Below are positions 28,024-36,584 of a stretch of DNA of 64,000 nt, one piece after another. The notes below the pieces were generated by a model. The model worked only from the letters and a program-made list of their open reading frames with translations. It was not told the origin of the DNA and did no database searches. Each line of letters begins with the position of its first letter. Within the stretch, counting starts at the first letter, position 1. The DNA comes from Alphaproteobacteria bacterium (GTDB taxonomy: Bacteria > Pseudomonadota > Alphaproteobacteria > MPNO01), in assembly GCA_964291675.2 (NCBI GenBank), contig OZ219865.1, positions 736,001 to 800,000 on the forward strand. The letters are read 5' to 3'. Made by a program: the position numbers and the translations under genes.

Positions 28024-29687
28024 GTGAGCTCTCCCTCCTCGCTTCCCGAACCGCTCGCCCCGGGGTTCCCCTCGTCGAGCGTGCGGACTTCGGTGTTCAT
28101 CGCGACGTCGCCGCGCCGGCGCTGGGCGATGATCCGCCCGGTCTCCCAATACTCGCTGCGCACGGCGCGGCGCGCCATCGTTTCCAGATCCTCGTTCCAC
28201 TCGCCGAGATCGTAGCCGAACCACGGCCGCTCCGGCCTGAGCTTCGGCAGGCCGAGCTCGTTCCAGATCTCGGCCGCCGCCTCCATGTACTGGCGCTTGG
28301 GCAGCGAGACCGGCGGGAAGGTCTCTTTCAGCGTCGCGTCCACCAGCACCGCCGAGTCCTCCGAATCGAGCAGGCTGCGCGGGCCGTGGCCCTCGTCCTT
28401 GTGCTTGAGGATCTCGACGTCGCGATGCGGCTTGGAGCGGTAGGACATCGCCCAGAAGACGGCGTTGGTGTCGTCGGGATCGATGTCCTCGTTGACCGCG
28501 ATCACCCACTTGCCTTCGGCGCGGCGCAGCGAGGCGACGCCGTAGAGCGCGCGCCAGATCTCGGTGCGCGGCGTCTCGCGCGCGACGACGACGACGATCA
28601 GCTTGTGCAGCGAGGTGAGCGGCTCGTGGGTGGCGACGTGCTTCACCCCCTTGATGCCGAGATGGTCGCGCAGGTGCTCGATCTGCGCCGCCTCGTAGGC
28701 GGGCCGCTTGATGGCGCTGGATTCGGACGGCGTGACCTGACTCACCCAGGAGGTGATGATCGCATCGCGCCGCCTGGTGATCGCGGTCACGTCCACGTAG
28801 CCGTTGTATTCCTGGAGGTTGACATGGCCGTGGCTCTCGCCGAACGGCGCCTCGGGCTCCAGCAGCTCGGTGGAGACGAAGCCCTCGATCACCACCTCGG
28901 CCTCGGCGGGGACCAGGAGATCGACCGTGCGCGCCCGCGTCACGTTGAGCGGCTTCCCCACCAGCCCGCCCGAGACCCAGAGCTCGTCGAGCTTCTCCGG
29001 CAGCTTCTGGACGGCGGTGAACGAGACGATCGGCGGGGCGCCGAGGACGATGGCACACGGCATCGGCTCGCCCCGCTTCTTCCACGCCTCCCAGTGCATG
29101 TAGCCGCCGGTCCTGAGCTCGATCGACGGGTTCATGCCGATCCGGTTGGGCGCCTTCAGCATCCCCCGGTAGTTGCCCATGTTCTGGACGCCGGTCTCGG
29201 GGTCCTTGGTGATGAAATGCGACGAGGTGGTGTAGGGCGCGTTGTCCCAGCCCGGCGATGAGATCGGCACCGGCAGCGCATCGAGCCCGCTTCCGTCGAG
29301 CAGGTCGCCGTCGCGGTAGACGATCTCCTGGCACGGCGCGTCGTCGACGCGGTTGGGCTCCACCGGCGCGTTCATCGCCCGGATCCAGTTCTCCTTGATC
29401 TCGGCCAGCGGCACGCCCATGCCCATCTCGTAGACCCGGCTGTTGGCGGCGAGACCGCAGACCAGGACCGGGATGTCGAAGTCGCGCCCCTTGGAGTCGG
29501 TGACGTTGGTGAACAGGAACGCCTTGCGGTCCTCGGCGTCGATGCCGCCGCGGAACTGCCAGCGCACCAGCGGGTGCATCTCGGTGTCCTTGTTGATCCG
29601 CCGGTCGACCTCGATCAGCAGGCCGGCCTCGCGCAGCGCGGCGATGTGTTCGTGCAGGTCCCGGTATCCGCGGGCGGGCATCGACAT
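27993..29687 (-). CDS. UbiD family (de)carboxylase, paralog 1
   Basis: QNMGNYR, VPAEAEVVIEG, EPEAPFGESHGH, LVDATLK. Start is 29687 or 29681. Confidence 0.92.
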   Translation of the reverse strand: MSMPARGYRDLHEHIAALREAGLLIEVDRRINKDTEMHPLVRWQFRGGIDAEDRKAFLFTNVTDSKGRDFDIPVLVCGLAANSRVYEMGMGVPLAEIKENWIRAMNAPVEPNRVDDAPCQEIVYRDGDLLDGSGLDALPVPISSPGWDNAPYTTSSHFITKDPETGVQNMGNYRGMLKAPNRIGMNPSIELRTGGYMHWEAWKKRGEPMPCAIVLGAPPIVSFTAVQKLPEKLDELWVSGGLVGKPLNVTRARTVDLLVPAEAEVVIEGFVSTELLEPEAPFGESHGHVNLQEYNGYVDVTAITRRRDAIITSWVSQVTPSESSAIKRPAYEAAQIEHLRDHLGIKGVKHVATHEPLTSLHKLIVVVVARETPRTEIWRALYGVASLRRAEGKWVIAVNEDIDPDDTNAVFWAMSYRSKPHRDVEILKHKDEGHGPRSLLDSEDSAVLVDATLKETFPPVSLPKRQYMEAAAEIWNELGLPKLRPERPWFGYDLGEWNEDLETMARRAVRSEYWETGRIIAQRRRGDVAMNTEVRTLDEGNPGASGSGSEEGELTWDGLTDASR

Positions 29688-29877
29688 GGGCACGGCACTC
29701 CCTCCGGCGACCCGGCGGGAGTCGCGGAAAACGGTTCGTCGGCAGCCAAGCGTGCGGCAATCTATTGGCGCGCTATCGGCCTGACAACCGGCGCGAGGGC
29801 TTTTGCGCGGGCGCGAGGTCGGGCGTATCCTTCGAGCGGATTCGAGGCGACTCGGAGAACAGGACAAGGAGCAGGAC

Positions 29878-30900
29878 ATGTCGTTCAAACGCGTACGCAC
29901 GGCGCTCGGGCTGGTTGCGGGAATTCTGGCGCTCGGCACGGCGGCGACCGCCTCGGCGGACGTCGCGGGCTTCTACGAGGACAAGCACGTGACCATCGTC
30001 GTTCCGGCTGGGCTCGGCGCCTCGCTCGGCCTCTACGGCCGCCTGCTGGCCGAGCACTGGGGCAACCACATCCCGGGCAAGCCGAATGTGATCGTGCAGT
30101 CCAGGCCGGGCGGCGGCGGCACCAAAGGCGCGGCCTATGTCTACAACGCCGCACCCAAGGACGGCACGGTCGTCGCCGAGGTGCTGGCGCCGTCGGTGCT
30201 GGCGCCGATCCTCCGCAACGTCAAGTTCGACGCGACCAAATTCCAGTGGCTCGGCTCGATCACCCAGCGCCCGAGCGTGGTCTCCGTGTTCCACAACGCC
30301 CCGGCGACGACGCTGGAAGGGGCGAAGAAGACGGAGGTCATCATGGGCTCGACCGGTTTCGGCTCCGAGACCTATCTGATGCCCAGGCTGATGAACCACC
30401 TGCTCGGCACCAGGTTCAAGATCGTCAAGGGCTACAAGGGCGGCGCCTCGATCAACAAGGCGATGGCCCAGGGCGAGGTGCACGGCCGGATGAACTACTG
30501 GACCGGCTGGACGACGATCAAGAACGACTGGCTGAAGACCGGCAAGCTCAAGCACCTGATCCAGTACGGGCCGCGCATTCCGGAGCTGCCGGACGTGCCC
30601 AGCATCGGCGATTTGGTGACCTCGGAAGACGGCAAGAAGATGATCAGGTTCATCGAGGTCTGCGAGCTGATCGGCATGGGCTTCTGGGTCGCGCCAGAAG
30701 TGCCCGAGGACCGGGTGGCGGCGCTGCGTTCGTCCTTCATGGCGACCATGAAGGACCCGGCCTTCCTCGCCGACGCGGAGAAGCGGCGCGCGCCGGTGGC
30801 GCCGATCGCGGGCACCGAGCTCGTCAAGCTGGTCAATGACGGGCTGAAGGTCTCGCCCGAGCTGGTCGCCAAGATGAAGACCGCCTTCGGCTTCAAGTAG
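29878..30900 (+). CDS. Tripartite tricarboxylate transporter substrate-binding protein (Bug/TctC)
   Basis: Signal peptide, IPGKPNVIVQSRPGGGG, APKDGT, GYKGG, MKDPAFLADA. Confidence 0.88.
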   Translation: MSFKRVRTALGLVAGILALGTAATASADVAGFYEDKHVTIVVPAGLGASLGLYGRLLAEHWGNHIPGKPNVIVQSRPGGGGTKGAAYVYNAAPKDGTVVAEVLAPSVLAPILRNVKFDATKFQWLGSITQRPSVVSVFHNAPATTLEGAKKTEVIMGSTGFGSETYLMPRLMNHLLGTRFKIVKGYKGGASINKAMAQGEVHGRMNYWTGWTTIKNDWLKTGKLKHLIQYGPRIPELPDVPSIGDLVTSEDGKKMIRFIEVCELIGMGFWVAPEVPEDRVAALRSSFMATMKDPAFLADAEKRRAPVAPIAGTELVKLVNDGLKVSPELVAKMKTAFGFK

Positions 30901-30997
30901 AGGGTTCGCCCGCCGCCGGCCGCGGCGGCGGGCGTCCTTGTTCCGCGGCGCTCCGCTGTGGGACACTCGCCACTTTCGGGAAAGGGGGAGAGCCGCC

Positions 30998-31996
30998 ATG
31001 TCGAGATCGAAGATCGCAAGTGCGCTGCTGGCCGCGACCGTGCTTTGGGCGGGCGCGTCCACGGCGTCCGCCGAAGTCAAGCTGAACCTGGTCTATCCGT
31101 TCCCGGATTTCCTGATCTACACCAAGCAGTGCAAGCAGCTCGCCGCGGACATCACGGCGGCGGCCAAGGGCAAGCTCGCGATCAACGTGCTGCCGTTCAA
31201 CTCGATCAAGATGTTCCAGCAGCCGCCTGCCGTGCGCAAGGGCCGGGTCGACCTCTATTGCGGGCCCTACGCCTTCTTCGCCCGGGCGGTGCCGGAGAAC
31301 GAGGCGGTCGCGACCTCCCCCTCCAACCCGGCGGTGGTGCGCGCCAATGGCGGGCTCAAGATGCTGGACGAGATCCAGCAGAAATATTTCGGCGTCAAGA
31401 ACCTCGGCTGGACCTCGGCGGGCGGGCGCTTCCGCATCTACATGGCGAACGCTCCCAAGTTCGACGACAAGGGCATGCTGAACCTCGACGGCGTGAAGCT
31501 GCGCGACAACCCGATCTACGGCGCCTTCTTCCGCGCGATGAACGCGACCACCCACCCGCTGCCGGCGACGCAGGTCTATTCGGCGCTGGAGAAGGGCGTG
31601 GTCGACGCCGCCGCCTGGGCCACCATCGGCCTCAAGGGCCTGAAATGGGACAAGTTCCTGCGCCACGCGGTGGAGCCGGAGTTCTACCACACCGATATCG
31701 GCTGGTTCATCAACCTGAAGACGTGGAACGGCCTGGATTCCGCGCTCCGCAAGCAGGTCCAGGACATGGTGATCGCCAACGAGTTGGCGGTCCGCAAGGT
31801 CCTGCTGGAGGAGTCGAAGAAGGAGCGGGCCACGCTCGCCAAGGAGGGCATGGAGTTCCACACCGTCCCGGCGGCCGCGGTCTATTCCAAGCTCGCCGTC
31901 GATTCGGCCTATGCGCGCATGCTCGACCGCCTCGAGAAGGCGAAGCGGCCGACCGGGCACGTCGCCAAGCTGCGCGAGCTCTGGCAGCAGCAATAG
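30998..31996 (+). CDS. TRAP transporter substrate-binding protein (DctP)
   Basis: Signal peptide, GVKLR, VYSALEKGVVD. Confidence 0.88.
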   Translation: MSRSKIASALLAATVLWAGASTASAEVKLNLVYPFPDFLIYTKQCKQLAADITAAAKGKLAINVLPFNSIKMFQQPPAVRKGRVDLYCGPYAFFARAVPENEAVATSPSNPAVVRANGGLKMLDEIQQKYFGVKNLGWTSAGGRFRIYMANAPKFDDKGMLNLDGVKLRDNPIYGAFFRAMNATTHPLPATQVYSALEKGVVDAAAWATIGLKGLKWDKFLRHAVEPEFYHTDIGWFINLKTWNGLDSALRKQVQDMVIANELAVRKVLLEESKKERATLAKEGMEFHTVPAAAVYSKLAVDSAYARMLDRLEKAKRPTGHVAKLRELWQQQ

Positions 31997-32059
31997 GACC
32001 TCGCGATGCCGGCTTCCCGGACCCAGGGGAGCCGGCGTGACGGGCGGGAACGGCGGCCG

Positions 32060-32632
32060 ATGACCGTCCTGCGCACCGTCGACAGGATCTGGGCCGGCCT
32101 GTTGTGGGCGCTGATGGCGCTGGCCGCGCTCTATATCGGCTTCATCATGCTGGCGATCGTCTATGTGACGATCTTCCGCAGCGCCGGCTGGGCCTACAAC
32201 CAGTTCGTCTTCACGCTCATCGAGTACGGCTTCATCTACATCCTGTTCCTGGGCTCGCCCTGGCTCGTCAGGACCCGGGGGCATGTCTATATCGAGCTGC
32301 TCACCGCCGCCGTGCCGGAACGCAGCCGGGCGGCGCTGTCCCGGGGCATCGCGGCGCTGTGCGCCGCCATCTGCCTGGTCTGGGCCTGGTACACGCTCGG
32401 CATCTTCGTGGACCAGGCCGGGGACCCGCTCGCCTTCGACGAGCTGCGCGACGACCGGGGCATGCGTCTGTGGACGATCACCGTCTCCTACCCGGTCGGG
32501 TTCCTGTTCATGGCGGTCGAGTTTTTCCGCTACATCTTCGGCCGCGAGATCATGCACAGCGGCGCCGCCGGCATCGCCAGCGAGCGGCTGGAGCTGGAGG
32601 AGACCAAGCGCAGCCTGACGGAAGCCCGCTAG
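32060..32632 (+). CDS. TRAP transporter small permease (DctQ)
   Basis: Four TM segments, GHVYIELL. Lies between dctP and dctM. Confidence 0.85.
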   Translation: MTVLRTVDRIWAGLLWALMALAALYIGFIMLAIVYVTIFRSAGWAYNQFVFTLIEYGFIYILFLGSPWLVRTRGHVYIELLTAAVPERSRAALSRGIAALCAAICLVWAWYTLGIFVDQAGDPLAFDELRDDRGMRLWTITVSYPVGFLFMAVEFFRYIFGREIMHSGAAGIASERLELEETKRSLTEAR

Positions 32633-34039
32633 ATGGAGTGGTACTGGATCCTGCTCGCGCTGTTCGGCTCGATCCTGCTCCTGATGTTCGTCGGGCTGCC
32701 GGTGGGAATCGCCTTCATCGCGGTCAACACGGTGGCCGCCTTCTTCATCTTCGGCCGGTTCGGCGATTTCGACACGCGGGTGCACTCGGCGATCGGCCAG
32801 CATGTCGACAACGCCTTCGGCAACATGACGATTTTTGCCATCGTGCCGATCCCGATGTTCCTGCTGATGGGCGAGCTGTTCTTCCACACCGGCCTCGCCA
32901 ACCGGATGTTCAACGCCGTGGAACGGCTGATGGGCCGCGTGCCGGCGCGCCTCTCCTACGTCACCGTCGCCGGCGGCACGGCGTTTGCCACGCTGTCGGG
33001 CTCGTCGATGGGCTCGACCGCCCTTTTGGGCACGCTGATGGTCCCGGAGATGACCCGGCGCGGCTACCGCAAGAGCATGTCGATCGGCCCCATCCTCGGC
33101 ACCGGCGGGCTCGCCATGCTGATCCCGCCATCCGCGCTCGCCGTGCTGCTCGGCACGCTGGCGGAGATCGACATCGGCCGGCTGCTGATCGCCGGCGTCG
33201 TGCCCGGGCTGCTGCTGGCAGTCTTCTACACCGTCCTGATCTTCGTCCGCGCGACCCTCGACCCGTCGGCCGCGCCCTCCTACGACGTCGAAATCGTGCC
33301 GCTCGGCCGGCGCGTGACGCTGTTCCTCCTCGATGTGGTGCCGATGGTCTCGATCATCGTCTTCGTCATCGCGCTGATCATGGGGGGCGTCGCGACGCCG
33401 TCCGAGGCGGCGGCCTACGGATCGGTCGGCGTGATCCTGCTGGCGGTCGCCTATCTGTTCCTGGTGCCGCTCGCGCGCGGCGAGTTCCGCCGGGCGCTCG
33501 CCTTCGGGCCGTTCTTCGCGGCGGCGATGTGGAAGTCGATGTGGGGTGCCGGGCGGGTCACCGTCATCGCGCTGATGATCCTGTTCGGCTCCTCGCTGTT
33601 CTCCAACGTGCTGGCGGCGTCGGGATCGAGCGCCGCGCTGATCGCCTGGATCACCGGCTTCGCGGTCTCGCCCTATGTCATGCTGCTGATGATGTTCGGC
33701 ATCCTGCTGCTGCTCGGCATGTTCATGGACCAGCTCGCCATGATGCTGCTGACGGTGCCGATCTTCTTCCCCGTCGTGCAGGGCCTCGAATTCGGGCTGG
33801 CGCTGGAGGTGAAGCTGATCTGGTTCGCCGTCATCATGCTGCTGGCGATGGAGATCAGCCTGACCACCCCGCCCTTCGGCCTGCTGCTGTTCGTCATGCA
33901 GGGCGTCGCGCCGCCCGGCACGCGGTTCGGCGAGATCTGCGTCGCCGCGCTGCCCTTCATGGGCTGCGCGCTGCTGCTCACCCTGCTGATCGTGATCTTC
34001 CCCGGACTCGCGATCTGGCTGCCCTGGCTCGGCGGGTAG
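32633..34039 (+). CDS. TRAP transporter large permease (DctM)
   Basis: IPMFLLMGE, LSGSS, LIPPS, ATPSEA, TPPFGL. Confidence 0.93.
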   Translation: MEWYWILLALFGSILLLMFVGLPVGIAFIAVNTVAAFFIFGRFGDFDTRVHSAIGQHVDNAFGNMTIFAIVPIPMFLLMGELFFHTGLANRMFNAVERLMGRVPARLSYVTVAGGTAFATLSGSSMGSTALLGTLMVPEMTRRGYRKSMSIGPILGTGGLAMLIPPSALAVLLGTLAEIDIGRLLIAGVVPGLLLAVFYTVLIFVRATLDPSAAPSYDVEIVPLGRRVTLFLLDVVPMVSIIVFVIALIMGGVATPSEAAAYGSVGVILLAVAYLFLVPLARGEFRRALAFGPFFAAAMWKSMWGAGRVTVIALMILFGSSLFSNVLAASGSSAALIAWITGFAVSPYVMLLMMFGILLLLGMFMDQLAMMLLTVPIFFPVVQGLEFGLALEVKLIWFAVIMLLAMEISLTTPPFGLLLFVMQGVAPPGTRFGEICVAALPFMGCALLLTLLIVIFPGLAIWLPWLGG

Positions 34040-35138
34040 CCGGGCGCCCGCCGGACGCAGGGAGAAACCGCGATGGCTTCGCACGACACAGGCGATGGCG
34101 GCACCGTCAAGGCGCTGTGGCGCTACCCGGTCAAGTCCATGGCCGGCGGCAAGCTCGACGAGGCGCCGATAGCCGAGGGCGGCATTCTGGGCGACCGTGC
34201 CTACGCGGTGATCGACGCGGCCAGCGGCAAAGTGGGGAGCGCCAAGACACCGAAGAAATGGGACAAGCTGCTGGCGCTGGCCGCCGATTTCGTCACCCCG
34301 CCGCGCATCGGCGCACCGCTCCCGCCGGTACGCATCGTCTGGCCGGACGGAAGCGCGGTGTCCAGCGACGGCGGGGATGCGGATGCGCGCCTGTCGGCGA
34401 CCCTGGGCCGGGCGGTCAGGCTGACTTCGGAGCGGCCGGCGACCGTCAGCGTCGAACGTCTCGACCCGCTCGCGGAAGAAGAGACCGTCGTCGACATCGG
34501 TGGGCTGATGATGGCGGGACGGTTCTCCGACTATGCCGCGCTCCATCTCATGACCACGGCGACGATGGCGCGCCTTGCCGAGCTCCGCCCCGGGTCCAGC
34601 TTCGCCGCGCGGCGTTTCCGGCCCAATATTGCGCTCGCCGCGCCCGCGGGCGCGCGCGGCTTCGTCGAGAACGGCTGGGTGGGCCATGAGCTCGCCATCG
34701 GCGACGAGGTCAGGCTCCGCATCACCGACCCGACCCCGCGCTGCTCGATCCCGACGCTCGCCCAGAAGGACCTGGCCAAGGACCCGTCGGTCCTGCGCAC
34801 CATCGTCGAGCACAACAGCATCCCGGTCCCGGTGCTCGACAACGAGCCGCTCCCCTGCGCCGGCGTCTACGCCTTCGTCGTCCGGGGCGGCACGGTGAGG
34901 CGGGGCGACGCCGTGCGGGTGATGTAGAGCGGGTCGCGGCCTGGCCCGATCCAGGCCCTCGGGGAGCATCCGGCGGTCGCCGCGCATGTTGCCGGGGCCG
35001 GCCGGCGCAGGGTCCGGGGAGATCTGCCTCGCCGCGCTGCCCTTCATGGGCTGCGCGCTGCTGCTCACCCTCTTGATCGTAATCTTCCCCGGGCTCGCGA
35101 ACTGGCTGCCCTGGCTCGGCGGATAGCCGGGCGCCCGC
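33932..35138 (+). repeat. 120-bp direct repeat of the dctM 3' end (33932-34051 and 35019-35138) flanking the MOSC gene
   Basis: GAGATCTGC...GGCGG(G/A)TAGCCGGGCGCCCGC, 7 mismatches in 120 nt by manual alignment. Confidence 0.9.
34073..34927 (+). CDS. MOSC domain protein (mARC/YcbX-like, with MOSC_N)
   Basis: LWRYPVKSM, GDRAYA, RRFRPNI, TPRC, GVYA. Confidence 0.9.
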   Translation: MASHDTGDGGTVKALWRYPVKSMAGGKLDEAPIAEGGILGDRAYAVIDAASGKVGSAKTPKKWDKLLALAADFVTPPRIGAPLPPVRIVWPDGSAVSSDGGDADARLSATLGRAVRLTSERPATVSVERLDPLAEEETVVDIGGLMMAGRFSDYAALHLMTTATMARLAELRPGSSFAARRFRPNIALAAPAGARGFVENGWVGHELAIGDEVRLRITDPTPRCSIPTLAQKDLAKDPSVLRTIVEHNSIPVPVLDNEPLPCAGVYAFVVRGGTVRRGDAVRVM

Positions 35139-35307
35139 TCCGATTTCCAGGCCGTCCGGGGCTTGCCAACGATCTCCCGGCGAGCGTCGAAGCTTGGGCC
35201 TTCGCACCCGCGAAGTTGTTGAATTGCAAAGTTAGGACCCGACTCCTTGGCAAAGGGCACCGGCCGTGGCACCATTCTGAACGTGAATGGGTAAGTGACT
35301 AGAGTGC

Positions 35308-35751
35308 ATGCGCAGGCTCTCCCGCTTTCTGTTCTCGACCGGGCCCCGATTCGGCGTGACGGTCGGCTGCCTCGGCGGCCTCGTTTCCCTGGCCGCCGCC
35401 GTCCAGCATCTTGCGGGCGGTCCGGGCAATCTCAGGCTCGGCGAAATCGGACTTGTTCTATTTCTCTGCGGCTTCGCATGGGCGATTCTGACCGCCTATG
35501 TCGGCCCCCGCTTGAACGGCGGGGGCATGGTATGCGCCGTCCTCTTCCTCCTCATCGTCCCTGCCGCCGACTCGGCGGAGATTGCTACGGTCCTGGCGAC
35601 GTGGAACTATCTGATCTGGGGCGTGGTGTGCTTGGCCATTCTCGTATGGTGGCTGGCTTCTGCATATCTCGACGAAAAGCGCCGCTCGATGGAGATGCGC
35701 ACGATCTACGACCGGGCACTGAAGCAAGCGGGGGTGGAGCCACCCACCTGA
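35308..35751 (+). CDS. Hypothetical membrane protein
   Basis: 147-aa ORF with about 4 hydrophobic segments. Lower GC3 than neighbours. Confidence 0.55.
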   Translation: MRRLSRFLFSTGPRFGVTVGCLGGLVSLAAAVQHLAGGPGNLRLGEIGLVLFLCGFAWAILTAYVGPRLNGGGMVCAVLFLLIVPAADSAEIATVLATWNYLIWGVVCLAILVWWLASAYLDEKRRSMEMRTIYDRALKQAGVEPPT

Positions 35752-36190
35752 CATTTGTGCGCGACCCGCGTGCCCGGCTGAGAGCGCGCGCCGTCTGGAT
35801 GCCGATCGGTGACCACCTGTCATAGGGGCCGTCCCGTGGCCCGACGAGATAGGCTATCCGGCGACGGACCGCGGCACCACTTCGGTTCCGGGTTTGTGCT
35901 TCATAGACCTCAGCTGGACGGTGAAGCGCAAGTCCGGCTTACTCTATGGCGTGGGCGACGATGCGCGCCACGTCGCCGCCCGTGTCGAGGATTATCCCGC
36001 CGGTCGTCGGCGACTGACGCCGGCCTTCCCGGCAAGCGCGCGCGGATGTAGCGCCGGAACCTGACTAACGTGGTTAGAGACCTGATTCAACGCCGGTCGG
36101 TTACAAACACGCCCGCCAAGACTCCGATGGCGACCGATCCCCAATCGTCGGGTGGATCTCTCGTGTCTTCAGACCTGGATTCGACCGCCA

Positions 36191-36421
36191 TCACGCATTC
36201 GCGCCGTTCAGGCCCGCGATGAGGATCGTCTCCATCGATCCGTCCTTCTTCCTGACGATCAGCTCGCCGCCGTCTTCGATCTTCTTCGTGATGCCCTCGG
36301 CGATGGCCAGCGCGGTGCTGACGGTCGAGGCCTTGTTTCTCGTGTTCAACCGAGCGGTGAGGATTTCGGTATTGGCGATGTCCCGCTCGGTCAGGTTCAT
36401 GGTGACCTTCTTCAGCGCCAT
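36191..36421 (-). CDS. Small putative ribbon-helix-helix DNA-binding protein
   Basis: KKVTMNL beta-strand followed by two helical segments (…NKASTVSTALAIAE). Promoter-like sequence upstream. Confidence 0.6.
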   Translation of the reverse strand: MALKKVTMNLTERDIANTEILTARLNTRNKASTVSTALAIAEGITKKIEDGGELIVRKKDGSMETILIAGLNGANA

Positions 36422-36475
36422 AGCCTTGCCCCTTTCGCCGGCACGCGCCAGCTCCCGGCCATACTTGATACATCT

Positions 36476-36504
36476 ATTGTAAGACAATTGGCTGGCGACT
36501 CCAA
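36476..36504 (-). promoter_or_regulatory. Sigma70-like promoter for the RHH gene
   Basis: Minus strand TTGGAG-N17-TACAAT. A short palindrome, ATTGT-aag-ACAAT (36476-36488), overlaps the -10 box. Confidence 0.5.
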
Positions 36505-36584
36505 TATCCGACATATCGACGACGAGCCGAGAAATTGCGGGCGGGACATGGTGCCCACCCCCCGCACGGCTACCGGCCGAGACG

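Noticed and set aside
30893-35275. 1460-aa minus-strand ORF and other very long ORFs such as 22716-25682, 32104-34689 and 46610-49162
   Set aside because: Shadow or alternate-frame ORFs over well-supported genes. They are Arg/Gly/Ala/Pro-rich, lack motifs and are expected in high-GC DNA.
36087-36089. Second possible Sec UGA after the 34-codon ORF
   Set aside because: No Cys/redox motif context, the read-through translation looks non-coding and I saw no convincing hairpin.
33932-36584. Prophage or integrative element at the dctM repeat
   Set aside because: No integrase, phage or conjugation genes. Only the repeat and a small islet are supportable.
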